A stretch of DNA of 63,366 nucleotides, the filler included, from Octopus bimaculoides (taxonomy: Eukaryota): the NCBI RefSeq assembly GCF_001194135.2. It is 4 parts of 4 records of this genome, joined end to end, with 100 filler letters (N's around TTAATTAATTAA, not from the genome) between each part and the next. Parts side by side here need not be neighbours in the genome. Positions count along the whole stretch, not along the records: positions 60,597 to 63,366 come from NC_068982.1; 3 more parts are not named here. One strand, written 5' to 3'. Below are positions 63,214 through 63,366 of this stretch, one piece after another (position 1 is the stretch's first letter; each line of letters starts with the position of its first letter). A program made the translations under genes and the position numbers. The notes under the pieces are model-generated. The model saw nothing but the letters and a program-made list of their open reading frames with translations, ran no database searches and was not told the DNA's origin.

Positions 63214-63366
63214 CTTTCGAGAGCTAAAATGATGCGAAGTGGACTGCGACCAGCGAGATATATAGCATAGCAACATCCAATAGTCTCATTGATGCCGTGG
63301 TATATTTATGCACGCGTCTTTGTTTGTCTCTATCTATCTATCCATATATATTTATTTATATATATA

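Overview
A 63-kb piece of a draft eukaryotic assembly: AT-rich, dense in microsatellites, with many N gaps. It contains no prokaryotic features, rRNA, true tRNA genes or CRISPR arrays. The repeat complement (three tRNA-headed SINE families in many copies, one with a CORE-like central domain) fits an octopus/coleoid cephalopod genome; this is an inference, not a database match. Three artificial N44-TTAATTAATTAA-N44 spacers split the window into four separately assembled segments, so long-range contiguity is not guaranteed. Almost all listed ORFs are microsatellite or N-gap artefacts. Supportable protein-coding relics are all mobile-element derived: three RLE-type (R4/Dong-like) non-LTR 3' fragments, three RTE-clade fragments, two weak CR1/L2-like relics, a Penelope GIY-YIG stub and a nearly complete decayed mariner. 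Two short TIR-bounded MITE candidates are also present. The best host-gene candidate is a short minus-strand first coding exon at 63141-63213 (MMPASMTTFAADQKFSPSQSYPFA, perfect CAG|GTGAGT donor, phase 1) that resembles Pax3/7 N-termini. Main leads: (i) two divergent RLE elements that both sit in (CATA)n, suggesting target specificity; (ii) recurrent head-to-head inverted SINE pairs; (iii) a hairpin shared by two SINE families; (iv) a minisatellite formed inside a SINE promoter; (v) a CpG-depleted domain at about 25-32 kb.
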